This document shows positions 8,621 to 15,961 of a stretch of 27,674 nt of DNA, piece by piece (positions within the stretch are counted from its first letter, which is position 1; the number at the start of each line of letters is the position of its first letter). Below the pieces are notes generated by a model. It searched no databases. It was given only the letters and a program-made list of their open reading frames with translations, and was not told the origin of the DNA. This stretch comes from Candidatus Brocadiia bacterium (lineage in GTDB: Bacteria; Planctomycetota; Brocadiia; CAIUPP01): NCBI GenBank assembly GCA_050015075.1, contig JBEKCB010000042.1, positions 1-27,674 on the forward strand, given 5' to 3'. Both the position numbers and the translations under genes were made by a program.

Positions 8621-9208
8621 TTATGCCGTCACGCGCCACTCGGTTCCGGCCCGGCGCAGGCGGACTTTCTCGAGACCGAGCATTTTCATTTTGAGGTTTA
8701 TCCCGCCCGCCGCCGAGAAGCCGACGAGCGACCCGTCGGACCCGACGACCCGATGGCACGGGATGAGCAGCGGAACCGGATTCGCTCCGACGGCCCCGCC
8801 GATCGCGCGAGCGGCTTCGGGCCGGCCGATCTCCACGCCGATCCACCGGTACGTCCGAACCTGCCCGCGCGGGATTCGCCCGATCATGCCCCAGACCCGC
8901 TGCTGAAACGACGTGCCGGAGGAGAGGTCCACCGGGAACTCGTCGAAGTGAACGGTCTCGCCGTCGAAGTACCGCGCGGCGGCCTCGGCCAGCCGCCGCA
9001 ACTCCGAAGGAGCGCGCCGCGGCGCGGCTGCATCCGGCCGGAGCGAGCGAGCGGCCAACGCCAGGATTTCCTCCTCGGCGATTTGCGCACTGCGGACCGG
9101 CAGCACGAAAGCGCAGATGCCCTTCCCGCTGTTCGCCCCGGCGCACCAGCCGAGCGAGACGTGAAAGACATCATAGACCGGCCTGCTGTCTGCCTTCGAC
9201 ATCGTCAT
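8621..9208 (-). CDS. ogt: Methylated-DNA--protein-cysteine S-methyltransferase
   Basis: FQQRVW, IPRGQVRTY, ARAIGGAVGANPVPLLIPCHRV active-site motif. Confidence 0.93.
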   Translation of the reverse strand: MTMSKADSRPVYDVFHVSLGWCAGANSGKGICAFVLPVRSAQIAEEEILALAARSLRPDAAAPRRAPSELRRLAEAAARYFDGETVHFDEFPVDLSSGTSFQQRVWGMIGRIPRGQVRTYRWIGVEIGRPEAARAIGGAVGANPVPLLIPCHRVVGSDGSLVGFSAAGGINLKMKMLGLEKVRLRRAGTEWRVTA

Positions 9209-9211
9209 CCT

Positions 9212-10672
9212 TCATCCTTTCGCAATGACTCCGATCTGCCGCAGCAGCCGGAGGTGCGGCCGCAAGTCGCCGACCTCGCGCAACTGATGGCCGTCGCTGC
9301 CCATGACGATCCGCGTTCCTTCCTCGCGGCAGACCCTGAAGAACTCAGGGTCCGGCTCATTCAAATGAAAATTCACTTCAGCGGCCACGCCGCGCTCCTT
9401 GAGCAGACGCGCGAGCGGCCGATGGAGTTCCGCCGGAACCGGCATGTGTTCGTGCCGGAAGATGCGGAACGGGTGCGCGAGGACGTGAATGCCCTGCGAG
9501 ACCAGTTGCTCGGTGACGGTCATGAACGCGGTGGCGAATTTTCCCGGCGTGTTGGAGGGAAGGTTCGAGGGCAGCCAGTGGAGCGCGCCGAGCAGCACGT
9601 CCCAGCCGGCGCCGTCTTCTTCGAGCAGGTTCAGCTTGCCGTCGCGGTCGCATTCGACCTCGAGGCCGACCGCGAGCGTGGGCGACCGGAACTGGGCCAT
9701 GGCCGACCGGAACGCGGCCATGCGGTCTCTTCCGAGCTTCCGCGCCTGCGGGATCGCGGCCGGGTTCTCGACGTGCACGCGATGCCAGAAGTCATCGGCG
9801 GGAAGGTAGAGCTGCCCGGCGTGCTCGACGCACGCGACGCCTTTCAGCCCGAGCAACTCGATGCGCTCGCGCACCGGCACGGGATGCACGTCCACCGCGC
9901 AATAGCCGAAGTGCGTGTGAACGTGGCCGTCGGTCAGTTCGAGCCTGGGCTCGAACTGAAGCTGCCGGCGCTCGATCCGCACCTCGCGGCCCTGCACCCG
10001 GATCAGGTGGAACGGGAACGGCGGGCAGACCAACGACGCGCAGGTCAGATACGTCGTGCCGTCTTTCTGCGCCGGCGGCTGGCCCTCATGGAAGTGTCCG
10101 CTGAGCGAGAGCAGCACGTCTTTCCGGCGGTACGATTCCATGATCTCGGCGGCGTTCGCGGGCATGTAGGGATATTCGGTCGAATCCACGGCGGGATAGA
10201 TCGGGCTGTGCTGGATCGCGATGACCGGCCCGGAGGACGGCTCGGCGGCGAACCGCTCGATGGATTCGCGCGGGCGCGTGCAGGTGTTATCGGCGGCGTA
10301 GGGATCGGCGAAACTGTAGAGGGTATAGCCTTTAATCCCGTGCGCGCCGGCGTGGTCGCCGAACAACCGCAGGAGCCGCACGGCCTCGATGTCGTGGTTC
10401 CCCGGCGCGACGATGATCGGCAGCCCGGCCTCGCGCACCGCCGCGGCCAGCACCGCTGCGTCCGACTCGGCGGCGGGCGAGGCGCCGTCCTCGAGCAGGT
10501 CGCCGAGGAGGACGACGACGTCGGGCGCGCTCGCCCGGCAGGCTTCACGAATCGCGCGGACGGTCCACTCCAGCGCCAGCGGATAGACGCGCGAAGGCTC
10601 CGGCCGGTCCTCGCGCGCCCGGCGCAGGTAGTGCAGGTCCGTCATCGCCAGAATCGTGAGCGGCTCGGTCAA
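9212..10672 (-). CDS. Calcineurin-like metallophosphoesterase fused to a PHP domain
   Basis: N-terminal TDLH, GDL, GNHD, H, GHFH; C-terminal DGHVHTH, EH, GLEVE, HP, GSDGH. TTG start after AAGGGAGAG. Confidence 0.85.
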   Translation of the reverse strand: MTEPLTILAMTDLHYLRRAREDRPEPSRVYPLALEWTVRAIREACRASAPDVVVLLGDLLEDGASPAAESDAAVLAAAVREAGLPIIVAPGNHDIEAVRLLRLFGDHAGAHGIKGYTLYSFADPYAADNTCTRPRESIERFAAEPSSGPVIAIQHSPIYPAVDSTEYPYMPANAAEIMESYRRKDVLLSLSGHFHEGQPPAQKDGTTYLTCASLVCPPFPFHLIRVQGREVRIERRQLQFEPRLELTDGHVHTHFGYCAVDVHPVPVRERIELLGLKGVACVEHAGQLYLPADDFWHRVHVENPAAIPQARKLGRDRMAAFRSAMAQFRSPTLAVGLEVECDRDGKLNLLEEDGAGWDVLLGALHWLPSNLPSNTPGKFATAFMTVTEQLVSQGIHVLAHPFRIFRHEHMPVPAELHRPLARLLKERGVAAEVNFHLNEPDPEFFRVCREEGTRIVMGSDGHQLREVGDLRPHLRLLRQIGVIAKG

Positions 10673-10710
10673 ACGCTCTCCCTTTCCGTAGAGTGGACGC
10701 GCCGCCATGG

Positions 10711-10740
10711 AGCATAGCGGCGCAAAAACGTCTTTGTCAA
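10711..10740 (-). promoter_or_regulatory. sigma70-type promoter for the phosphoesterase-ogt pair
   Basis: Minus strand TTGACA, 18 bp spacer, TATGCT. Confidence 0.6.
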
Positions 10741-10753
10741 CAGGCGGATGCAA

Positions 10754-11707
10754 CTATGCTGGAGGCGGCAGAGGCAGATACGCGCGGCGCCGGTCCTGCC
10801 GCCGGGCGAGTTCGCTGGCGTAGCGTTCGCCGAGACTGTCCGCGTGCTCCCGCGCCCAGGCGGATAACCGGGTCTTGCCGAGCGGGGGCGAATCGGCGCA
10901 TAAGAGGCCGGCCATCAGGCCCTTGATTTCCTCGCGGGTGATGATGACGTCGTGGACGACCTTGCCGGTCAGCCACGTGGCCGCGTACGCGACGGAGGGC
11001 GGGAGCGAGACGATGCGCCGCGGTTTGCCGATCGCCCGGCCGATCTCGCCGACCAGGCCGCGATAGGTGAAGGTCTCCGGGCCGATGGCGTTGACGATCA
11101 CGTTCGAGTCGCCGCGCCCCGCCGCAACCGCCTGCTCGGCGAAGTCCTCGACGTGGATCGGCTGCAGGCGATATTGCCCGTCGCCGAACACCGCGTATAC
11201 GGGGAACCGGCGCAGCGCCCAGGCGATGTTATTGACCAGGATGTCCTCGCCGCCGAAGAGGACGGCGGGACGCAGGATGGCGTGCGACAGGCCCGACTCG
11301 CGCAGGGCGCGTTCCAGCCGCGCCTTGCCGCGGAAATATTCCAGCGGCGAGTCCTCGGACGGGTTCGTGATGCTGACGTGCACCACGCGCCGGACTCCGG
11401 CGGCGCGGGCCGCCTCGAAGAGCCGCAGGCTGTTCCGCACCGCCGCCGCGAAACCGAACTCGCCATGATTGAAGCGCACCCAGTAGGTGTTGTAGAGCAC
11501 CGAAGCGCCGCTCAGCGACGCGGCGAGTTTGCCGGGCTGGTCGAAATTGAACGGGTGCGCTTCGACCTTCCCGCCGAACGGATTGGGCCGGTCCGGCGAG
11601 TTCGTCAGCGTCCGCACGCGGCAGCCGGCCGCCAGCAGCCGCGCGGCGATGTACCGGCCGGAATACCCGAACGCGCCCGTGACGACGTGAAGCTCCGGCC
11701 CGGCCAT
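10754..11707 (-). CDS. NAD(P)-dependent epimerase/dehydratase, atypical SDR (NDUFA9-like)
   Basis: VTGAFGYSG Rossmann motif, YFRGK, ILRPAVLFG, LQPIHVED. Confidence 0.88.
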   Translation of the reverse strand: MAGPELHVVTGAFGYSGRYIAARLLAAGCRVRTLTNSPDRPNPFGGKVEAHPFNFDQPGKLAASLSGASVLYNTYWVRFNHGEFGFAAAVRNSLRLFEAARAAGVRRVVHVSITNPSEDSPLEYFRGKARLERALRESGLSHAILRPAVLFGGEDILVNNIAWALRRFPVYAVFGDGQYRLQPIHVEDFAEQAVAAGRGDSNVIVNAIGPETFTYRGLVGEIGRAIGKPRRIVSLPPSVAYAATWLTGKVVHDVIITREEIKGLMAGLLCADSPPLGKTRLSAWAREHADSLGERYASELARRQDRRRAYLPLPPPA

Positions 11708-12210
11708 CAGGCTTTGACCTGGTCAAACACGATCTTGGTGTGCTCGGGGTCGGCGAAGCTCGCGTAGTGGAGCTCGACCGGGAGTTTCAAGTGAGCGAGC
11801 AGGCGCCTGAAGACTTCCGCGATCACGGGTATGTCCTCGCGCGCGTGGTCGCCTGGCACGGAGTGCGCGCCGGCGAAGCCGAGCACCCGCTCCTTGAGCG
11901 AGTTGTAATACTTGCAGTCCTCGTGGTTGATCAGGATGATGCGGCGGATCGAATGGAAGAACTGGCTGTAGAGCTCAAGCCGCTCCTTCATGAACTTGAA
12001 TTCCTTCGGCAGCCGCTCCGGGTGCGCGAGCACTCCGGCGCCGCCGCCGACGATCATGGGAATGTACTGTCCCTTGGCCAGCTTCAGCTCATTGGCGATG
12101 AACCCTTCGAAGGCCTCCTGGAACCTCGGGTCACCGCAGTAGACCACGATCGCCTGCGGCACGGGATTCTGCACGGCGTTGTAGATTTTCGCCTCGCCTT
12201 CCGTCGGCAT
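11707..12210 (-). CDS. Putative beta-carbonic-anhydrase-like protein
   Basis: CGDPRF, GG and HEDC match the beta-CA zinc ligand pattern CxDxR/HxxC. Stop overlaps the next start (TGATG). Confidence 0.65.
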   Translation of the reverse strand: MPTEGEAKIYNAVQNPVPQAIVVYCGDPRFQEAFEGFIANELKLAKGQYIPMIVGGGAGVLAHPERLPKEFKFMKERLELYSQFFHSIRRIILINHEDCKYYNSLKERVLGFAGAHSVPGDHAREDIPVIAEVFRRLLAHLKLPVELHYASFADPEHTKIVFDQVKA

Positions 12211-12360
12211 TGCCCTCAAGCCTCCTCTGTTCTCCCGCCTCCGCGAAGCGAACGCCAGCGTGGCGTTTCAGAAGCAAGTCCCGTAATACGCCGTCATTCC
12301 GAGCGAAGCCCTTCGGCGGTGAGCTCAGGGCCGAACGGCGAGGAATCTCACACGCCGCTT

Positions 12361-12409
12361 GTAGTGGCGCCGTCAGGCGCTATTTCGTATGCCCTGACGG
12401 GCACACTAC
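12361..12409. repeat. REP-like palindrome
   Basis: GTAGTGgcgCCGTCAGG...CCTGACGGgcaCACTAC. Confidence 0.7.
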
Positions 12410-12415
12410 GAGCAG

Positions 12416-12442
12416 CCAGAGCGCGCAGCGTACTGCGCGCGA
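12416..12442 (-). repeat. Single inverted copy of the 27-bp palindromic unit
   Basis: CCAGAGCGCGCAGCGTACTGCGCGCGA is the reverse complement of the 14771-14797 unit with one mismatch. Confidence 0.88.
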
Positions 12443-12487
12443 CATGACGCGGGCTAGACTTATGTATGTCATTTCCGGGACACTATG

Positions 12488-14191
12488 CTACGGCTTCTCC
12501 TCCGGCACGGGCGCGCTGACCACCGGCGAGGCGGACTTCTGGCCGACCATGCCGACGATCTCGTCCATATTGATGCCCAACTTGCTCATGAGCTTGCGCA
12601 CGTCCACGCCCTGCGCATGGAGCAGCGAGAGCGTCTTGAAAACGGTCTGCGGGACGATGGTGCTGAGCTGGTCCACGCCGCGGCCGGTGCCGCCCACGTC
12701 AATGATCCGCAGTTCGTCAATATTGCCCAGCGGCGCGGCGACGCTGGAGAAGATGGCGGTGGCGACTTTGCTGGCCGCGTCGCCGCCCTTCTCGAACAGG
12801 AGCGGCAGGCGGTCGAGGACGAGGATCAGCTTGGCGTCGGTCGTCATCTTGGCGAGCGCCTCGGCCAGCCGCTGCGTGCCTTCGGCCTCGGCGAGGAGCA
12901 CTTTTCCCTTCATCGCGGCCTGACCTTCGGCCTCCGCGACGAGGACCTGCTTCTTCCGGGCCGCCTCGCCGTCGGCGAGGGCCAGCATCGTGGCGCGAGT
13001 CTTGGCCGCCTCGCCTTCGCCGATGAGGGTGCTCGCCTGCTTCTGGCCTTCGGCCTCCCGGATCGCCCGTTCCCGCGTGGCGTCCGCCTCGAGAATGGCC
13101 TGCTGCTTCATGGCGTCGGCGTTGATGACGGTCTGCTGCCGCGCCGCCTCCGCGTTGATGACGACCTTCAGCCGCTCGGCGTCGGCCACCTTCAGGATGG
13201 TCGCGTTCAACTCGCGCTCCCTGCGAAGCCCCTCTTTTTCCTGGACGGCGATCTGGGCCTCTTTCTCGGCCGCGTCGCGCTCGGCCTGCTTCACCTTCAG
13301 CGTCTGCTCCTGCTGCGTGGTGGCGATGGACATGGCGAGATTCGCCTTGGCGGTCTCGCTGTCCGCGGTGACCTTGAATTGAGCTTTCTTCACGTCGCGG
13401 TCCCGCTCGGCCTCGGCGATCTTCACGGCGTTCTCGGCCACCACGACCGCGGCCGTCCGCTGCGCGTCGCTCACGCGCTGGTTGGTCTCGGCCTCGGCCT
13501 CGGCCACCTTGATGTTGGCATCGCGGATGGCCTCGGCGACCGTCTTCTTGCCCAGCGCGTCAATGTAGTGGTACGCGTCGTTCACGTCCTGGATGACCAG
13601 CGTGATGATCTGGATGCCGAGGCGGTGGAGTTCCTCGGCGGACTCGTCCACGACCTGCTTGTTGAACGTGTCGCGCTGGCGCAGGATCTGGTCAATGTCC
13701 ATCTTGCCGATGATCGAGCGCAGGTGGCCGATGAGGATGTTCGTGACGATGTGCTCGATCTCCTCGTCCTTCTTGCCGAGGAACGCCATCGCCGCGTTGT
13801 GCAGATCCTCGGGCGCGGCGGAGATTTTGCAGGTGGCGACGCCCTTCACGCTGACCTTCACGTTGTCCTTGTTCGGGATATTGGTTTCGTCAATGGTCGT
13901 CTGGAAGGCCGCGGTGGACATGTACTGGAGGTTTTCCACGATCGGCCACAGGAGGGAGCCGCCGCCGGAGACGATCCGAAAGCCGCGGGACTTCGTCTTG
14001 CCGTCGGCAGCGTCCACGAAGGTGTATTTCCTTCCGAAGAAGATGCCGACCTGGTTGGGCGGAATTTTCTTGTACCGGCTGGCCATGACGCGGATGACGA
14101 TGATGAACGTCAGCACGACCAGGATGACCAGCACCGGGATGAGCCACGTCTCCAAGGAATCGAAGATGCCCGCAAAGACCAGCATGCCCAT
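12488..14191 (-). CDS. Flotillin-like SPFH/band 7 protein
   Basis: N-terminal TM, SPFH domain (RYKKIPPNQ, LIGHLRSIIG), long AEA/EKE coiled coil, flotillin-type C-terminus; RBS AAGGA. Confidence 0.93.
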   Translation of the reverse strand: MGMLVFAGIFDSLETWLIPVLVILVVLTFIIVIRVMASRYKKIPPNQVGIFFGRKYTFVDAADGKTKSRGFRIVSGGGSLLWPIVENLQYMSTAAFQTTIDETNIPNKDNVKVSVKGVATCKISAAPEDLHNAAMAFLGKKDEEIEHIVTNILIGHLRSIIGKMDIDQILRQRDTFNKQVVDESAEELHRLGIQIITLVIQDVNDAYHYIDALGKKTVAEAIRDANIKVAEAEAETNQRVSDAQRTAAVVVAENAVKIAEAERDRDVKKAQFKVTADSETAKANLAMSIATTQQEQTLKVKQAERDAAEKEAQIAVQEKEGLRRERELNATILKVADAERLKVVINAEAARQQTVINADAMKQQAILEADATRERAIREAEGQKQASTLIGEGEAAKTRATMLALADGEAARKKQVLVAEAEGQAAMKGKVLLAEAEGTQRLAEALAKMTTDAKLILVLDRLPLLFEKGGDAASKVATAIFSSVAAPLGNIDELRIIDVGGTGRGVDQLSTIVPQTVFKTLSLLHAQGVDVRKLMSKLGINMDEIVGMVGQKSASPVVSAPVPEEKP

Positions 14192-14217
14192 TGTGCAGTC
14201 CTTTCTTCGGAAAAAAG

Positions 14218-14754
14218 TTAGCCCTGGACCTCCTCCACGAAAAGCACACCGCCGGACATCCGGACGACGCGGACTCTGCGGCCTTTTTCGATGCCTTGCG
14301 CGGCCGTCGCGCGCGCGGAATAGTTCCGGTACTCGCCCTCGGCGGAAACGCCGACTTCACCCACCGCGTTCGCGTCAATGCTCGTGGTGACGACGCCGAC
14401 GCAGCCGATCACCGCCTCCGACGCGATCAACGATGAGGCCTGTTCCCTGACGAACATGAGCAGGATCACGTACATGATCGCGCCCAGCACGACTCCGCAG
14501 CCCAGTCCAGCCAGCGACGACTGGGTGTAATCCAGATTGTAGACCTGGCCGATGGCCCCGGCCGCGCCGAAGCCCATGACGAAGGTCCCGAGCACCTTGG
14601 TCGAGAAGATGCTGATCGTGCCTTCGCTCTCGGGATGGATGTCGTGGCTGACGTCGCCTCCGACGTCATGGCCCACGTCATGGTCATGGCCGAGCAGGAA
14701 TCCTCCCGCGACGAGGATGAAACCGGCGAGCGCGAGAGCAATGAATATGATCAC
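14218..14754 (-). CDS. NfeD-like (YuaF/YqiJ-type) partner of flotillin
   Basis: Three TM segments with a His/Asp-rich loop and a C-terminal OB-like NfeD domain (GCVGVVT...GEV...IEKGRRVRV). GGAGGAGG precedes the GTG start. Confidence 0.85.
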   Translation of the reverse strand: MIIFIALALAGFILVAGGFLLGHDHDVGHDVGGDVSHDIHPESEGTISIFSTKVLGTFVMGFGAAGAIGQVYNLDYTQSSLAGLGCGVVLGAIMYVILLMFVREQASSLIASEAVIGCVGVVTTSIDANAVGEVGVSAEGEYRNYSARATAAQGIEKGRRVRVVRMSGGVLFVEEVQG

Positions 14755-14770
14755 GGGCGCCTCCTCCAAA

Positions 14771-14850
14771 TCGCGCGCAGTACGCTACGCGCTCTGGTCG
14801 CGCGCAGTACGCTACGCGCTCTGGTCGCGCGCGGTACTCCGCGCGCTCTC
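14771..14850 (+). repeat. Tandem array of about 3 x 27-bp palindromic units
   Basis: TCGCGCGCAGTACGCTACGCGCTCTGG twice exactly, then degenerate TCGCGCGCGGTACTCCGCGCGCTCTC; no spacers. Confidence 0.92.
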
Positions 14851-14858
14851 GAATTCCG

Positions 14859-15749
14859 TCAGGGAATCCCCACCGTCGCCTTGATATCGAACGGGACTTC
14901 GATGTCCTTGAATTCCTCCCAGCACGTGACCACGATCGTGGCCGCGTCCACCTGCTGCGGCAGGATGAAGGTCTTCGCCGCGGTCAGCACTTTCCCGCCC
15001 GCAGTCGCCGCGGCGATCGCGCCGGGCTTGGCGCCGAGGTCCTTGCCGTCCGCGTCCAGGAAAGTGACGCTCGCGATGTCCGACCAGTCCTGCTTGGTCT
15101 GCAACGCCACCTCGAAGACCGGCAGCGTGTTGGGCGCGGCCTCATCCGACTTCGGCAGTTCGAAAGCCCTGGGCACATTGCTGGCTCTCAAGACGGTGAA
15201 ACTCATCCCGCCGGCGCTGAACTCCGTCCCCGGCTTGAGATCCACTTTCGCCTGCCGGCCGGCTTCCTTCTTGCCGCCGCACTTGAGGCTGAGCGTCCCG
15301 GCGACCGCGATGTATGTGGCGCCCGTGGCGGGAACTTCCTGGCCGTTGATCTCGATGATACAGCTCCTGGAATCGGCGCTGACCTGCGTCCCGCGGCTCA
15401 CCTGCGCCTCGCGCGTGATCCCTTTCGAAGAAACCGTCAGGTCGGTTCCCCGGTCATCGGTCATTTTGGCGACTTTCGTCTCGTCCCTGTTGACCGAGAT
15501 CAGCCCGCCGTCTGGGACCGTCACCAGCAATGCCACGGTCGTGCCCTTCCGCCAGCGGAACGCGCGCAGGACTTCGTCGTCGGTCTCGTAGCCTGCTCCG
15601 ACGACGCGGACGCCGCAGACCTGGACCTTCGGCTCGGCGGCGGCCTGCGCCCGGGCGCATCGCGCCCCGCCGAACAGGATCGAAAGCGCCCCGCCGAGAA
15701 TCGCCGCCCACGCCGCGGCCGACCGACCTGCTGCACGACGATCACGCAT
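14859..15749 (-). CDS. Secreted hypothetical protein, beta-rich
   Basis: GGAGG then ATG; basic N-region, hydrophobic core and ARA-QA cleavage-like site; no family recognised. Confidence 0.75.
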   Translation of the reverse strand: MRDRRAAGRSAAAWAAILGGALSILFGGARCARAQAAAEPKVQVCGVRVVGAGYETDDEVLRAFRWRKGTTVALLVTVPDGGLISVNRDETKVAKMTDDRGTDLTVSSKGITREAQVSRGTQVSADSRSCIIEINGQEVPATGATYIAVAGTLSLKCGGKKEAGRQAKVDLKPGTEFSAGGMSFTVLRASNVPRAFELPKSDEAAPNTLPVFEVALQTKQDWSDIASVTFLDADGKDLGAKPGAIAAATAGGKVLTAAKTFILPQQVDAATIVVTCWEEFKDIEVPFDIKATVGIP

Positions 15750-15819
15750 CACCAACCTCCTGTTCGAGACCCACACGGCGACACGAATGACGCCGAGACA
15801 CTTCCTGCGGCACGACAGT

Positions 15820-15847
15820 ATCATACGCTCCTCGGATGATTTGGCAA
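15820..15847 (-). promoter_or_regulatory. Putative sigma70 promoter for the minus-strand secreted protein-nfeD-flotillin genes
   Basis: Minus strand TTGCCA, 16 bp spacer, TATGAT. Confidence 0.5.
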
Positions 15848-15886
15848 GTGGGAATCGCGGGTTTGTGCGACGCGGCCGAAGGTCCG

Positions 15887-15915
15887 TTGGCGCGCCCGCC
15901 CGGTTATGCTAGAAT
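15887..15915 (+). promoter_or_regulatory. Putative extended -10 promoter for the radical SAM gene
   Basis: TTGGCG, 17 bp spacer, TAGAAT preceded by TG. Confidence 0.5.
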
Positions 15916-15961
15916 GGTTCAGTTCGGATGGCACGAAACCGTTCTCCACGAGGGACCCCTA

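Larger units (their letters stand above)
12255..12491. mobile_element. Degenerate, nested MITE-like element
   Basis: Imperfect 32-bp terminal inverted repeats (12255-12286 and 12460-12491; 16/32 identical, most mismatches transitions) enclose GTCATTCCGAGCG...GAGGAATCTC, a GTAGTG...CACTAC palindrome and a 27-bp unit. The left end is homologous to 27452-27516. Confidence 0.6.

Noticed and set aside
8753-10717. Long antisense ORFs (also 12485-14221, 18960-21017, 23017-24576, 24597-26054, 4186-5427, 7061-8542)
   Set aside because: They are shadows of well-supported genes on the opposite strand, expected in high-GC DNA, and carry no recognisable motifs.
14771-14850. CRISPR array
   Set aside because: The 27-bp units abut with no unique spacers, and no cas genes are present.
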